From positions 2,965 through 66,964 of the forward strand of contig JAACPI010000002.1 in assembly GCA_009995545.1 (NCBI GenBank): DNA of 64,000 bases, in the 5' to 3' direction. A program made the translations under genes and the position numbers. This DNA is from a bacterium (lineage in GTDB: Bacteria; Patescibacteriota; WWE3; 2-01-FULL-39-13; JAACPI01). Under the pieces are notes generated by a model that did not search any database, had not been told where the DNA came from, and was given only the letters and a program-made list of their open reading frames with translations. Positions 56,743 to 64,000 of this stretch are shown in pieces. The first letter of the stretch is position 1. Every line of letters begins with the position of its first letter.

Positions 56743-57345
56743 CTATCTTGAGTAAAATTCAACTATAAGTTGTTCTTTTATCTCCTCTGTAAAATCTTCT
56801 CTCTTGGGAAGGGCTAGTAGTTTAGCACTATTACTCTTTTTATCCCAATTTAACCAGACAGGAGATTCAAACCCCTCTATTATAGAAGGTATAAAACCTT
56901 CTTTTAAAGTAAGTATGTCCCCCATTTTAAATTGATAAGAAGGTATATTTAAAATCTTACCATTAACTAAAACCTTATTTTGTCTTACTAACTGCCTAGA
57001 TTGAGATCTAGAAGAGCCTATACCCAGTTTGTAGATAATGTTGTCTAATCTTAGCTCTAGTAGTGATATTAAATTTTCACCGGTAACACCTGGGGTATTA
57101 GTCGCTTTCTTATAATAGTTTTTAAACTGTTTTTCAAGCAAACCATACATTCTCTTAAGTTTTTGCTTTTCTCTTAACTGAATACCATAATCGGATAATC
57201 TAGTTCTTGAATTACCGTGCATTCCAGGAGCCTGTGGTTTTTTTACAAAAGCACTTTTTTCACTAGTTGACCTTGTACCTTTTAAAAATAAATTTTGACC
57301 TTCTCTTCTGCTTAACCTTGTGGTTGGACCTGTATATCTACCCAT
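56743..57345 (-). CDS. rpsD: 30S ribosomal protein S4
   Basis: MGRYTGPTTRLSRREG; start set at internal Met of track ORF (1 nt after rpsK stop). Confidence 0.93.
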   Translation of the reverse strand: MGRYTGPTTRLSRREGQNLFLKGTRSTSEKSAFVKKPQAPGMHGNSRTRLSDYGIQLREKQKLKRMYGLLEKQFKNYYKKATNTPGVTGENLISLLELRLDNIIYKLGIGSSRSQSRQLVRQNKVLVNGKILNIPSYQFKMGDILTLKEGFIPSIIEGFESPVWLNWDKKSNSAKLLALPKREDFTEEIKEQLIVEFYSR

Positions 57346-57346
57346 T

Positions 57347-57742
57347 TTACATCCTCCTCCTCTTCTTTGGCCTGCAGCCATTATGAGGTATAGGAGTAAC
57401 GTCCCTAATGGTAGTTACTTTTAACCCACCGGATTTAAGACCTTTAATAGCTGACATTTTTGAATTTCCGGGACCTTTAGTAATAATATCTATTGACTGC
57501 ACTCCTAGGTCTACGGCTTTTTTTGCTACTTGCTCGGATGCTAGAGTTGCAGCATAAGGTGTCGACTGCTTTGCACCCTTAAAGCCAACCATTCCTGGGG
57601 AAGACCAACAAACTGCCTCACCTAAAGAATTAGTTACAGTTATGATTGTATTGTTGTAAGTACAGGTAATAAAGGCTTTACCATTAGGTGTAACCTTAAC
57701 TGTATTTTTTTTAGTTTTCTTTGTTTGTTCTTTTTGAGCCAT
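57347..57742 (-). CDS. rpsK: 30S ribosomal protein S11
   Basis: ITCTYNNTIITVT ... GFKGAKQSTPYAA. Confidence 0.95.
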   Translation of the reverse strand: MAQKEQTKKTKKNTVKVTPNGKAFITCTYNNTIITVTNSLGEAVCWSSPGMVGFKGAKQSTPYAATLASEQVAKKAVDLGVQSIDIITKGPGNSKMSAIKGLKSGGLKVTTIRDVTPIPHNGCRPKKRRRM

Positions 57743-57745
57743 TTA

Positions 57746-58132
57746 TTATTTTTTAGCTAATACTCTCTTAAGACCCCCTACTGCCTTAGACTTTCCTTTT
57801 CTTGTCCTACAGTTAGTACGGGTTTTTTGACCTCTTAAGGGTAAACCTTTTTTATGCCTTATTCCCCTATAAGATCTAATATCTTGTAGTCTTTTAATGT
57901 TTGACATTACAAGTCTACGAAGCTCCCCCTCGGTACGTATACTAAGGCTTTGTATTGCATCTAGTATATCTGATATCTCTTGGCTAGTTAAATCATCTGA
58001 GGATTTATTTACATCAACCTTAGCCCTATCTAAAACTCTATCAGCTGTTTTAAGTCCAATACCATGAATATACTGTAAAGCGTATCTTATTTTTTTTGCT
58101 TTTGGTAGATCTACACCAGCTATTCTTGCCAT
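57746..58132 (-). CDS. rpsM: 30S ribosomal protein S13
   Basis: MARIAGVDLP...YIHGIG. Confidence 0.95.
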   Translation of the reverse strand: MARIAGVDLPKAKKIRYALQYIHGIGLKTADRVLDRAKVDVNKSSDDLTSQEISDILDAIQSLSIRTEGELRRLVMSNIKRLQDIRSYRGIRHKKGLPLRGQKTRTNCRTRKGKSKAVGGLKRVLAKK

Positions 58133-58134
58133 AT

Positions 58135-58248
58135 TTAACCCTGTCTTTGTTTGTGTTTTAAATTTTTACAAATAATAAATATTACACCGCGTCTTTTTAC
58201 GACTTTGCACTGAGTACATATTTTTTTTACAGAAGCTCTTACTTTCAT
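58135..58248 (-). CDS. rpmJ: 50S ribosomal protein L36
   Basis: Manual translation [37 protein letters not shown] (Zn-ribbon CxxC...C...H); absent from ORF track because short. Confidence 0.9.
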   Translation of the reverse strand: MKVRASVKKICTQCKVVKRRGVIFIICKNLKHKQRQG

Positions 58249-58369
58249 ATTTTACCTTTTAAAAATCTGTAGGATGAAATCCTGCTAGTAAAATTGTTTA
58301 AAAACCAAGATAATATCACTATAACCTACATAGTATAAATAGTTTTCCTCTTAAATCAACCAAATTCTA

Positions 58370-58594
58370 CTATTTCTTAAATCTGTAGGTAATTCTCCCT
58401 TTTGAGGGATCGTAAATACTTATTTCTAATGTAACCTTGTCTCCTGGTATTATCTTTATATAGTTCATTCTCATTTTACCAGAAACATGAGCTAGCACGG
58501 GATCTTCAAATCCCTCTACAGCAACCTTAAAACTGGCATTAGGTAACTTTTCTAGTATTGTTCCCTCTTTTTCTACAACATCTTTTTTGGTCAT
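58370..58594 (-). CDS. infA: translation initiation factor IF-1
   Basis: [18 protein letters not shown] ... [11 protein letters not shown]. Confidence 0.95.
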   Translation of the reverse strand: MTKKDVVEKEGTILEKLPNASFKVAVEGFEDPVLAHVSGKMRMNYIKIIPGDKVTLEISIYDPSKGRITYRFKK

Positions 58595-58647
58595 AAGCGT
58601 AGGTAATATAACATTAAAATACTGTTAAATCAACATAAACGTCCGAT

Positions 58648-59397
58648 TTATACTAATATTTCACAACCTTTTTTTCCAATAACTACGGTGTGCTCAAATT
58701 GTGCAGAAAGACTACCGTCAAAAGTGTCTAAACTAAAGCCATCCTCTCCTATAGTTAATTTAGGACTGCCTTGCATGTACATTATTTCTATGGCAAGAAC
58801 CATGCCCTCTTTTAGTCTTTCACCGGTATCTTTTTTACCATAACAGGGAATTTGAGGCGGTTCATGTAACTTTTTTCCAATCCCATGTCCTACTAAATCT
58901 ACCGAAACATTGAACCCAGCACCTTCTGCCGATTTTTGCATTTCGTAGGATAGATCACCAATTCGATTTCCAACTTTAGCTTTTTTAAGGGCATTATTTA
59001 AACCGGCCTTACCTGCGGATAAAAAGACATCGTGCACGTGACCATTTCCAACCTCTACAGTATAGGCCGTATCTGTATTTAACCCCTTGTAGATAACACC
59101 CATATCGATGGTTACTAAATCCCCTTTTTTTATCTTTGACTTTTTACTAGGCAAAGTATGAACCAGCTGATGATTTACGCTTACACAGGTGGCAAAGGGG
59201 TAAGGACCATCTCCAGCATCATATCCCAGAAAAGCAGGCTGAACTTCATACTCCTGCATTTTTTTGGATACAAAAGTTTCTATATCTAAAGTTGTGATAT
59301 TAGGTCTTATAATATTTAAAGCGCCCTCAAGAATAGAGCGATTAATATTCCCCCCCTGTCGTAGATACTGTAACTGTTTTATGTTATTTAGAATCAT
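58648..59397 (-). CDS. map: methionine aminopeptidase type I
   Basis: Pita-bread fold metal ligands (D, D, H, E, E pattern: VTIDMG, VGHGIG, LAIE). Confidence 0.93.
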   Translation of the reverse strand: MILNNIKQLQYLRQGGNINRSILEGALNIIRPNITTLDIETFVSKKMQEYEVQPAFLGYDAGDGPYPFATCVSVNHQLVHTLPSKKSKIKKGDLVTIDMGVIYKGLNTDTAYTVEVGNGHVHDVFLSAGKAGLNNALKKAKVGNRIGDLSYEMQKSAEGAGFNVSVDLVGHGIGKKLHEPPQIPCYGKKDTGERLKEGMVLAIEIMYMQGSPKLTIGEDGFSLDTFDGSLSAQFEHTVVIGKKGCEILV

Positions 59398-59987
59398 CTG
59401 CTCCTACTAGGTAAAGCAGACCTAAAAGAATTATATAGCGACATAATTTCGGTGTGGATTTTTTCGACCGTGCCCCCGCCGTCAACGGTATAAAGAATAC
59501 CTCGTGATTTATAGGATTTTAGCACAGGTTCAGTTTCTTTATGATAGAGATCCACCCTTAACTTTACGGCCTCAGAGGTGTCGTCAGGGCGGTTTTCTTT
59601 AGTTGACCGGCTAATTATTCTTTTGACCGACTCGCTTACACTTGTGTCAATAAAAATTGCAAAGTCAACCTTTTTGCCTACAGTATCTAAAGTGTAATCT
59701 AATAAATTTACTTGGGAAAACCTTCTAGGGACACCGTCAATAACCATTTTATCACCCAAGTTAGCCAAAAGAGCTTCTGAGAGTATGGGGTTTACAATTG
59801 AGTCATCAACTATACTACCGGAAGACATTTCATTAAGAATAATACTGTGGAGTTTATGGGAAGGATCCTTAGCGATATTTCTAAGCACTTCTCCAGTGGA
59901 AAACAACGTTAAACCAGTTTTTTCGGCCAGCAGCCGAGCCTGGGTAGATTTACCACTCCCTGGAGGTCCTAAAACAACAATATTCAT
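59394..59987 (-). CDS. adk: adenylate kinase (short type)
   Basis: P-loop MNIVVLGPPGSGKSTQ; NMP-binding and core motifs. Confidence 0.9.
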   Translation of the reverse strand: MNIVVLGPPGSGKSTQARLLAEKTGLTLFSTGEVLRNIAKDPSHKLHSIILNEMSSGSIVDDSIVNPILSEALLANLGDKMVIDGVPRRFSQVNLLDYTLDTVGKKVDFAIFIDTSVSESVKRIISRSTKENRPDDTSEAVKLRVDLYHKETEPVLKSYKSRGILYTVDGGGTVEKIHTEIMSLYNSFRSALPSRSR

Positions 59988-59988
59988 A

Positions 59989-60270
59989 TTACATCATATT
60001 AAAATCTTTTAATTCCCCGGATTTCTGCAGCTTCTGAAGCTGTTTAAGAACTAACTTTTCTCCTTTTTTCATTGCTTTTGTAAAATTTTTGTTAGGCTCA
60101 CCGTCTACTTCCACAGAGTCAATTTTAAAAAATGTTACAGCGCCCTTTAAGATTAATTTCACATTTCCTTCCTCTACCTCAATTGTGATATTACCTAATT
60201 TTTTCTGAAGATCAAAAAACTGTTTTTGTTGTTGAATCATTTGTCCTGTCTTTTTTAATTGTCCTAACAT
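59989..60270 (-). CDS. YbaB/EbfC-family nucleoid-associated protein-like
   Basis: MLGQLKKTGQMIQQQKQF..LQKKLGNITIEVEEGNVKLILKGAVTFFKIDS parallels YbaB N-terminal helix + beta-core. Confidence 0.5.
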   Translation of the reverse strand: MLGQLKKTGQMIQQQKQFFDLQKKLGNITIEVEEGNVKLILKGAVTFFKIDSVEVDGEPNKNFTKAMKKGEKLVLKQLQKLQKSGELKDFNMM

Positions 60271-60285
60271 ATTATTTAAAAATTA

Positions 60286-61557
60286 TTAGTTTAATCCTAC
60301 ATTACTATACTCATGCATTATAACCTGAGATTCAATTTGTTTAATACTTTCTAAAACCACAGAAACAACAATAAGAACTCCGGCACCACCAATAGTAATA
60401 GAAGTTACCCCAGTAATAGAACTAGCAACATTAGGCAGAATAGCAATAAGTCCTAAAAACATAGCTCCTACAAAAGTCACACGTGTAAGAACATTGTTAA
60501 GATACTCTACAGTGGCTCTACCTGGCCTTATACCAGGAATGTAACCGCCTCTATTTTTAAGATTTTCTGCTATATCCTCCGGATTAAAAGTTAAAGCGGT
60601 GTAAACAAAAGTAAAGAAGAACACAGATAGAAAGTACAAAATATTATAATAAGAGCTATTTGGAGCAAAATTGTAATTTAAAAAAGTCCCTATTGTATTT
60701 AAAAAGCCTGCAGAAGACTGAACAAAAACATTTCCCAAAAAAGAAGGGATTAAGACTATGGCTACGGCGAAAATTATGGGTATAACACCAGCTTGATTGA
60801 TTTTTAGAGGTAAAAAGCTATCACCACTGTAACTAGCTTTATTAGAGCTTGCGTAGGCAATAGGTATCTTTCGAGCAGCCTCATTTACATAAATTGCTCC
60901 CATAACAACCAAAAAGGAGATAATGCCCGTAAAAATTATATTTACTAAATCTCCGGACTGAAAACCAAGCAATATAGATTTGGAACTTATGGGTATAGAA
61001 GAAATAATACCGACTAAAACTATAAGAGAAATACCGTTACCTAGATTTTGTTCAGTTATTAAGTCACCTATCCACATAACAACAAATGACCCCGCTACTA
61101 ATGTTACTATCAAAGAAACTAGGTCTATAGGAGCGAGTTGTGGGAATAATCCTTGCTTTTGAAACAGTATATAAATTCCAAAACTCTGGATAATAGCAAC
61201 GGGTAAAGTAAGGTATTTAGTATATCTATTTATTTTTTCTTGACCATAAAGTCCTTCCTTAGTTAATTCTTTTAAAGAAGGTATTGTATAAGTAAACATC
61301 TGCATAGCAATAGAGGCACTAATATAAGGACCTATACCTATAGTTGAAAGAGAAAATCTTGAAAGGCTTCCTCCAGAGAACACATCTACTAAACCTAACA
61401 GCTGGCTTGATGCAAATAAAGAGGATAAACCATCTCTGTTAATGCCCGGTAAGGGTATATGAGCAACTATTCTGTAGGCAACAAGTAGACCAAAAGTGAT
61501 TAGAAGTTTTTTCCTTATATCTGGTGTATTTATTGCTTTTTTAAGAGTCTCAAACAT
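60286..61557 (-). CDS. secY: preprotein translocase subunit SecY
   Basis: 10-TM topology, conserved SecY blocks. Confidence 0.95.
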   Translation of the reverse strand: MFETLKKAINTPDIRKKLLITFGLLVAYRIVAHIPLPGINRDGLSSLFASSQLLGLVDVFSGGSLSRFSLSTIGIGPYISASIAMQMFTYTIPSLKELTKEGLYGQEKINRYTKYLTLPVAIIQSFGIYILFQKQGLFPQLAPIDLVSLIVTLVAGSFVVMWIGDLITEQNLGNGISLIVLVGIISSIPISSKSILLGFQSGDLVNIIFTGIISFLVVMGAIYVNEAARKIPIAYASSNKASYSGDSFLPLKINQAGVIPIIFAVAIVLIPSFLGNVFVQSSAGFLNTIGTFLNYNFAPNSSYYNILYFLSVFFFTFVYTALTFNPEDIAENLKNRGGYIPGIRPGRATVEYLNNVLTRVTFVGAMFLGLIAILPNVASSITGVTSITIGGAGVLIVVSVVLESIKQIESQVIMHEYSNVGLN

Positions 61558-61569
61558 TATGGCAGGGAA

Positions 61570-62013
61570 CTATAAAACTTTACCACCTATCTCCTCAATA
61601 GAATTTTTAGCTGACTTAGAAACTTTAATTCCAGTAAGGGTAACGGGGGATTTAACTTTAGTATCAAATAATAACTTAATACCATCTTTTGGTACTTTTT
61701 TAAACAGGCCTTTCTTAAGTAAAATTGTAGGGCTAACTTCTTTTAAACCTAGTTTATCCAGCATAGAAGTTTTTAGTATATAAAACTTATCTTTATAAGG
61801 ACTGGAAAAACCTTTGGTATGAGGTAATCTTTTAACAATTCTTAATTGACCTCCCTCGAAGTAAGGGGATATTTTACCACCCGTTCTAGATTTTTGACCT
61901 TTACTACCTCTTGTCGAAGTGTGGCCACCGTGACCTGAACCATATCCTCTACCTATACGTTTTTTACTTTGTTCATCGCCTTTTCTTTTGTTAAGTTTAG
62001 TGAGGTCAAACAT
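61570..62013 (-). CDS. rplO: 50S ribosomal protein L15
   Basis: MFDLTKL...RIGRGYGSGHGGHTSTRGSKGQKSR; start moved to MFDL to avoid 17-nt overlap with rpsE. Confidence 0.9.
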   Translation of the reverse strand: MFDLTKLNKRKGDEQSKKRIGRGYGSGHGGHTSTRGSKGQKSRTGGKISPYFEGGQLRIVKRLPHTKGFSSPYKDKFYILKTSMLDKLGLKEVSPTILLKKGLFKKVPKDGIKLLFDTKVKSPVTLTGIKVSKSAKNSIEEIGGKVL

Positions 62014-62014
62014 T

Positions 62015-62461
62015 TTATTTATTATTTTCAACTTTTTTCAGATTTTTGAGTAGTTCTATGGTAGCTTTAACATTAGCTGCCTTGTTGTTAGTACCAAGTA
62101 CTTTTGCAGAAATATTTCTTACACCTGCAAGCTCTAAAACATTTCTAACGGCCCCGCCAGCTATTATACCAGCACCCTCAGGAGCAGGTTTTACTAAAAG
62201 CTTAGCAGCCCCTCTTTTTATTCTTGCTTCATGGGGTACGGTACCTTCGACTAAGTTAATTTTAACCATATTTTCTCTAGCTTTTTTAGAGGCTTTTTTA
62301 ATAGCATCCCCTACACTTCGAGCTTTACCTAAATAGTATCCAATATGGTCAACTCTATCTCCAGCTACAACTAGAGCTGTAAAGCTTATTCTGTTACCAC
62401 CAGAGTTCTTTTTAGAAACTCTTTTAACCTGTATTACGTTTTCGTCGTATTTATGCTCCAT
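62015..62461 (-). CDS. rpsE: 30S ribosomal protein S5
   Basis: GGNRISFTALVVAGD, dsRBD + S5 C-terminal domain. Confidence 0.95.
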   Translation of the reverse strand: MEHKYDENVIQVKRVSKKNSGGNRISFTALVVAGDRVDHIGYYLGKARSVGDAIKKASKKARENMVKINLVEGTVPHEARIKRGAAKLLVKPAPEGAGIIAGGAVRNVLELAGVRNISAKVLGTNNKAANVKATIELLKNLKKVENNK

Positions 62462-62467
62462 ATTAAT

Positions 62468-62794
62468 TTAAAATTGAACTCCGGCTTCTCTGGCCCCTTC
62501 TGCAACTTTTTTAACTCTACCATGATACAGATAACCACTTCTATTAAAATAAACACTAGTAATCTTATTTTTAGAAATATACTCGCCAACCTTTTTACCG
62601 ACAATAAAAGCTGCTTCAGACTTGGTACCTTTTTCATTCTTAGAGCTAAAAGATACTAGAACCTTACCTTTAGGATCAGCTAGATAAGCATTAGTGTAAA
62701 GATTAGATCTGAAAACACCTACTAAGTGTTTTTGATTATTTCTCTGGTTAGTATATTTAATTTTTGCTTTGATTTTTGATCTATTTTTTAACAT
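62468..62794 (-). CDS. rplR: 50S ribosomal protein L18
   Basis: PRLVGVFRSNLYTNAYLAD... Confidence 0.93.
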   Translation of the reverse strand: MLKNRSKIKAKIKYTNQRNNQKHLVGVFRSNLYTNAYLADPKGKVLVSFSSKNEKGTKSEAAFIVGKKVGEYISKNKITSVYFNRSGYLYHGRVKKVAEGAREAGVQF

Positions 62795-62797
62795 ATT

Positions 62798-63337
62798 TTA
62801 AGCTGCTGCTTTTCCTGATTTTCCAGGCTTTCTTCTAACTTTTTCCTCTGCATATTTTATACCTTTACCTTTATAGGGTTCAGGTTTTCTTACTTTTCTT
62901 ATTTGTGAAGCGGCATGCCCCACCAAATGCTTGTCTATACCCTTTATAGATATCTTAGTGTTATCAGTAACGTCTATTTCTACACCTTTTGGAGCAGTGT
63001 AGTCAACTGGATGAGAATAACCAGCATACAGAGTAACACCGTTTGCAGATTTTGTTGCACGATACCCTACGCCTATCATTTCCAACTTTCTTTCAAAACC
63101 TTTTTCTACACCTATAACAGCATTTTGTAGTAGGCTTCTGTATAATCCCCATTTTGCAGAATCGAACTGATCTCCCTTTGGAACTACACTGACTTCATTA
63201 GACTCAATCACAAGATTAAAATTAGCCTCAAAAGGTACAGTCAATTCACCTAGAGGACCTTTTACTATAATACTATCTCCTCTAGATTCAACAGAAGATG
63301 TTGTTATATTTATTAGTTGTTTTCCAATTCTAGACAT
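62798..63337 (-). CDS. rplF: 50S ribosomal protein L6
   Basis: MSRIGKQLINI, two L6 repeats. Confidence 0.95.
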   Translation of the reverse strand: MSRIGKQLINITTSSVESRGDSIIVKGPLGELTVPFEANFNLVIESNEVSVVPKGDQFDSAKWGLYRSLLQNAVIGVEKGFERKLEMIGVGYRATKSANGVTLYAGYSHPVDYTAPKGVEIDVTDNTKISIKGIDKHLVGHAASQIRKVRKPEPYKGKGIKYAEEKVRRKPGKSGKAAA

Positions 63338-63344
63338 TTTTTAA

Positions 63345-63722
63345 TTACCAAACTTTACAAATTATCTCTCCTCCAACATTTTGTTTTATTGCCTCTTCAG
63401 CTGAAATTACTCCCTTAGGGGTAGTAAGAATCTTTATTCCTAGAGATCTTCTAGTTTTTTTAAGTTTATCCACATCAGTATAAACTCTTCTGCCAGGCTT
63501 AGAAACTATTTTAATATCAGTTATCTGTCCTTGTGTAGGTAAGATTACCTTTAAAAATTTGTGAGGACCTTCTTTAAAAGTTGTAAAGTCTTCAATTAGA
63601 CCGCTATTTTTTAAAACCTGTAAAACATCCTTTTTAATCTTTGAAAAAGAAAATGTTACATCTGACTTTTCAGCCATGATTCCGTTTTTTATTTGTATTA
63701 CAAGATCTGCTAAATGAAACAT
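63345..63722 (-). CDS. rpsH: 30S ribosomal protein S8
   Basis: MFHLADLVIQIKNG...LKNSGLIEDF; start set at internal Met of track ORF. Confidence 0.9.
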   Translation of the reverse strand: MFHLADLVIQIKNGIMAEKSDVTFSFSKIKKDVLQVLKNSGLIEDFTTFKEGPHKFLKVILPTQGQITDIKIVSKPGRRVYTDVDKLKKTRRSLGIKILTTPKGVISAEEAIKQNVGGEIICKVW

Positions 63723-63732
63723 ACTTTTTATT

Positions 63733-63918
63733 TTACCAACTTGATTTTTTAACCCCTGGAAGCATTCCAGCATGTGCTAATTCTCTGAAACAAATTCTAC
63801 AAAGCTTAAACCTTCTCATATAGGCTCTAGACCTACCACACTTTTGACATCTGGGGTAATTCTGTACCGCAAATTTCTTTTTTTTCTTCTGATCTGCTAT
63901 ATGTGCTTTTGTAGCCAT
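63733..63918 (-). CDS. rpsZ: 30S ribosomal protein S14 type Z (zinc-binding)
   Basis: [38 protein letters not shown]. Confidence 0.9.
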   Translation of the reverse strand: MATKAHIADQKKKKKFAVQNYPRCQKCGRSRAYMRRFKLCRICFRELAHAGMLPGVKKSSW

Positions 63919-63949
63919 TTATTCTAGATAATTTAATTTATAGTTAATA

Positions 63950-64000
63950 CTACTTACGAAAAGGAACACCTAACTTAATCAGTAAGGCCTTACCCTGATC
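63950..64000 (-). CDS. rplE: 50S ribosomal protein L5, C-terminal fragment (5' part outside window)
   Basis: Manual translation ...DQGKALLIKLGVPFRK* matches L5 C-terminus (E. coli ...EGRALLAAFDFPFRK). Confidence 0.7.
   Translation of the reverse strand, partial: DQGKALLIKLGVPFRK

Noticed and set aside
1-64000. CRISPR arrays, prophage, transposons or integrons
   Set aside because: No direct-repeat/spacer periodicity and no integrase, transposase, phage structural or recombinase genes seen. The two tRNAs are not flanked by integrases or detectable direct repeats.

Overview
This 64 kb window is AT-rich bacterial chromosome, densely packed with short genes, most of them on the minus strand. The core is housekeeping: recA-recX, rny-ymdB-hup, yvcK, miaB-miaA, a DEAD-box helicase, pgi, gltX, two tRNAs (Pro-GGG, Gln-CUG), RNase P RNA, and a long ribosomal/secY/adk/map/infA/rpoA operon at the 3' end. 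That operon has no L30 gene between S5 and L15. Together with Gram-positive-like factors (RNase Y/YmdB, BdbC-type DsbB, SipW-type signal peptidase), this suggests a Patescibacteria/CPR-like or other reduced Gram-positive-type lineage. This is inference from gene content only.

Four loci look accessory or unusual:
- A giant alpha-2-macroglobulin-like surface protein carries an embedded Hint/mini-intein-like domain without a +1 nucleophile. It is translationally coupled to a membrane-anchored Memo-like protein, followed by a two-component system and a PAP2 phosphatase.
- A cell-surface-complex-like cluster (42.2-47.8 kb) holds three WxL-domain-like secreted proteins, two DUF916-like membrane-anchored proteins and a dedicated SipW-type signal peptidase.
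- An alpha/beta-hydrolase is fused to an ATP-grasp-like module.
- A run of GNAT / NUDIX / THUMP-methyltransferase / ASCH / NUDIX genes sits beside tRNA-Pro.

I saw no CRISPR array, transposase or integrase. Several ORFs in the supplied track are spurious: two lie inside RNase P RNA and one is antisense to hup.
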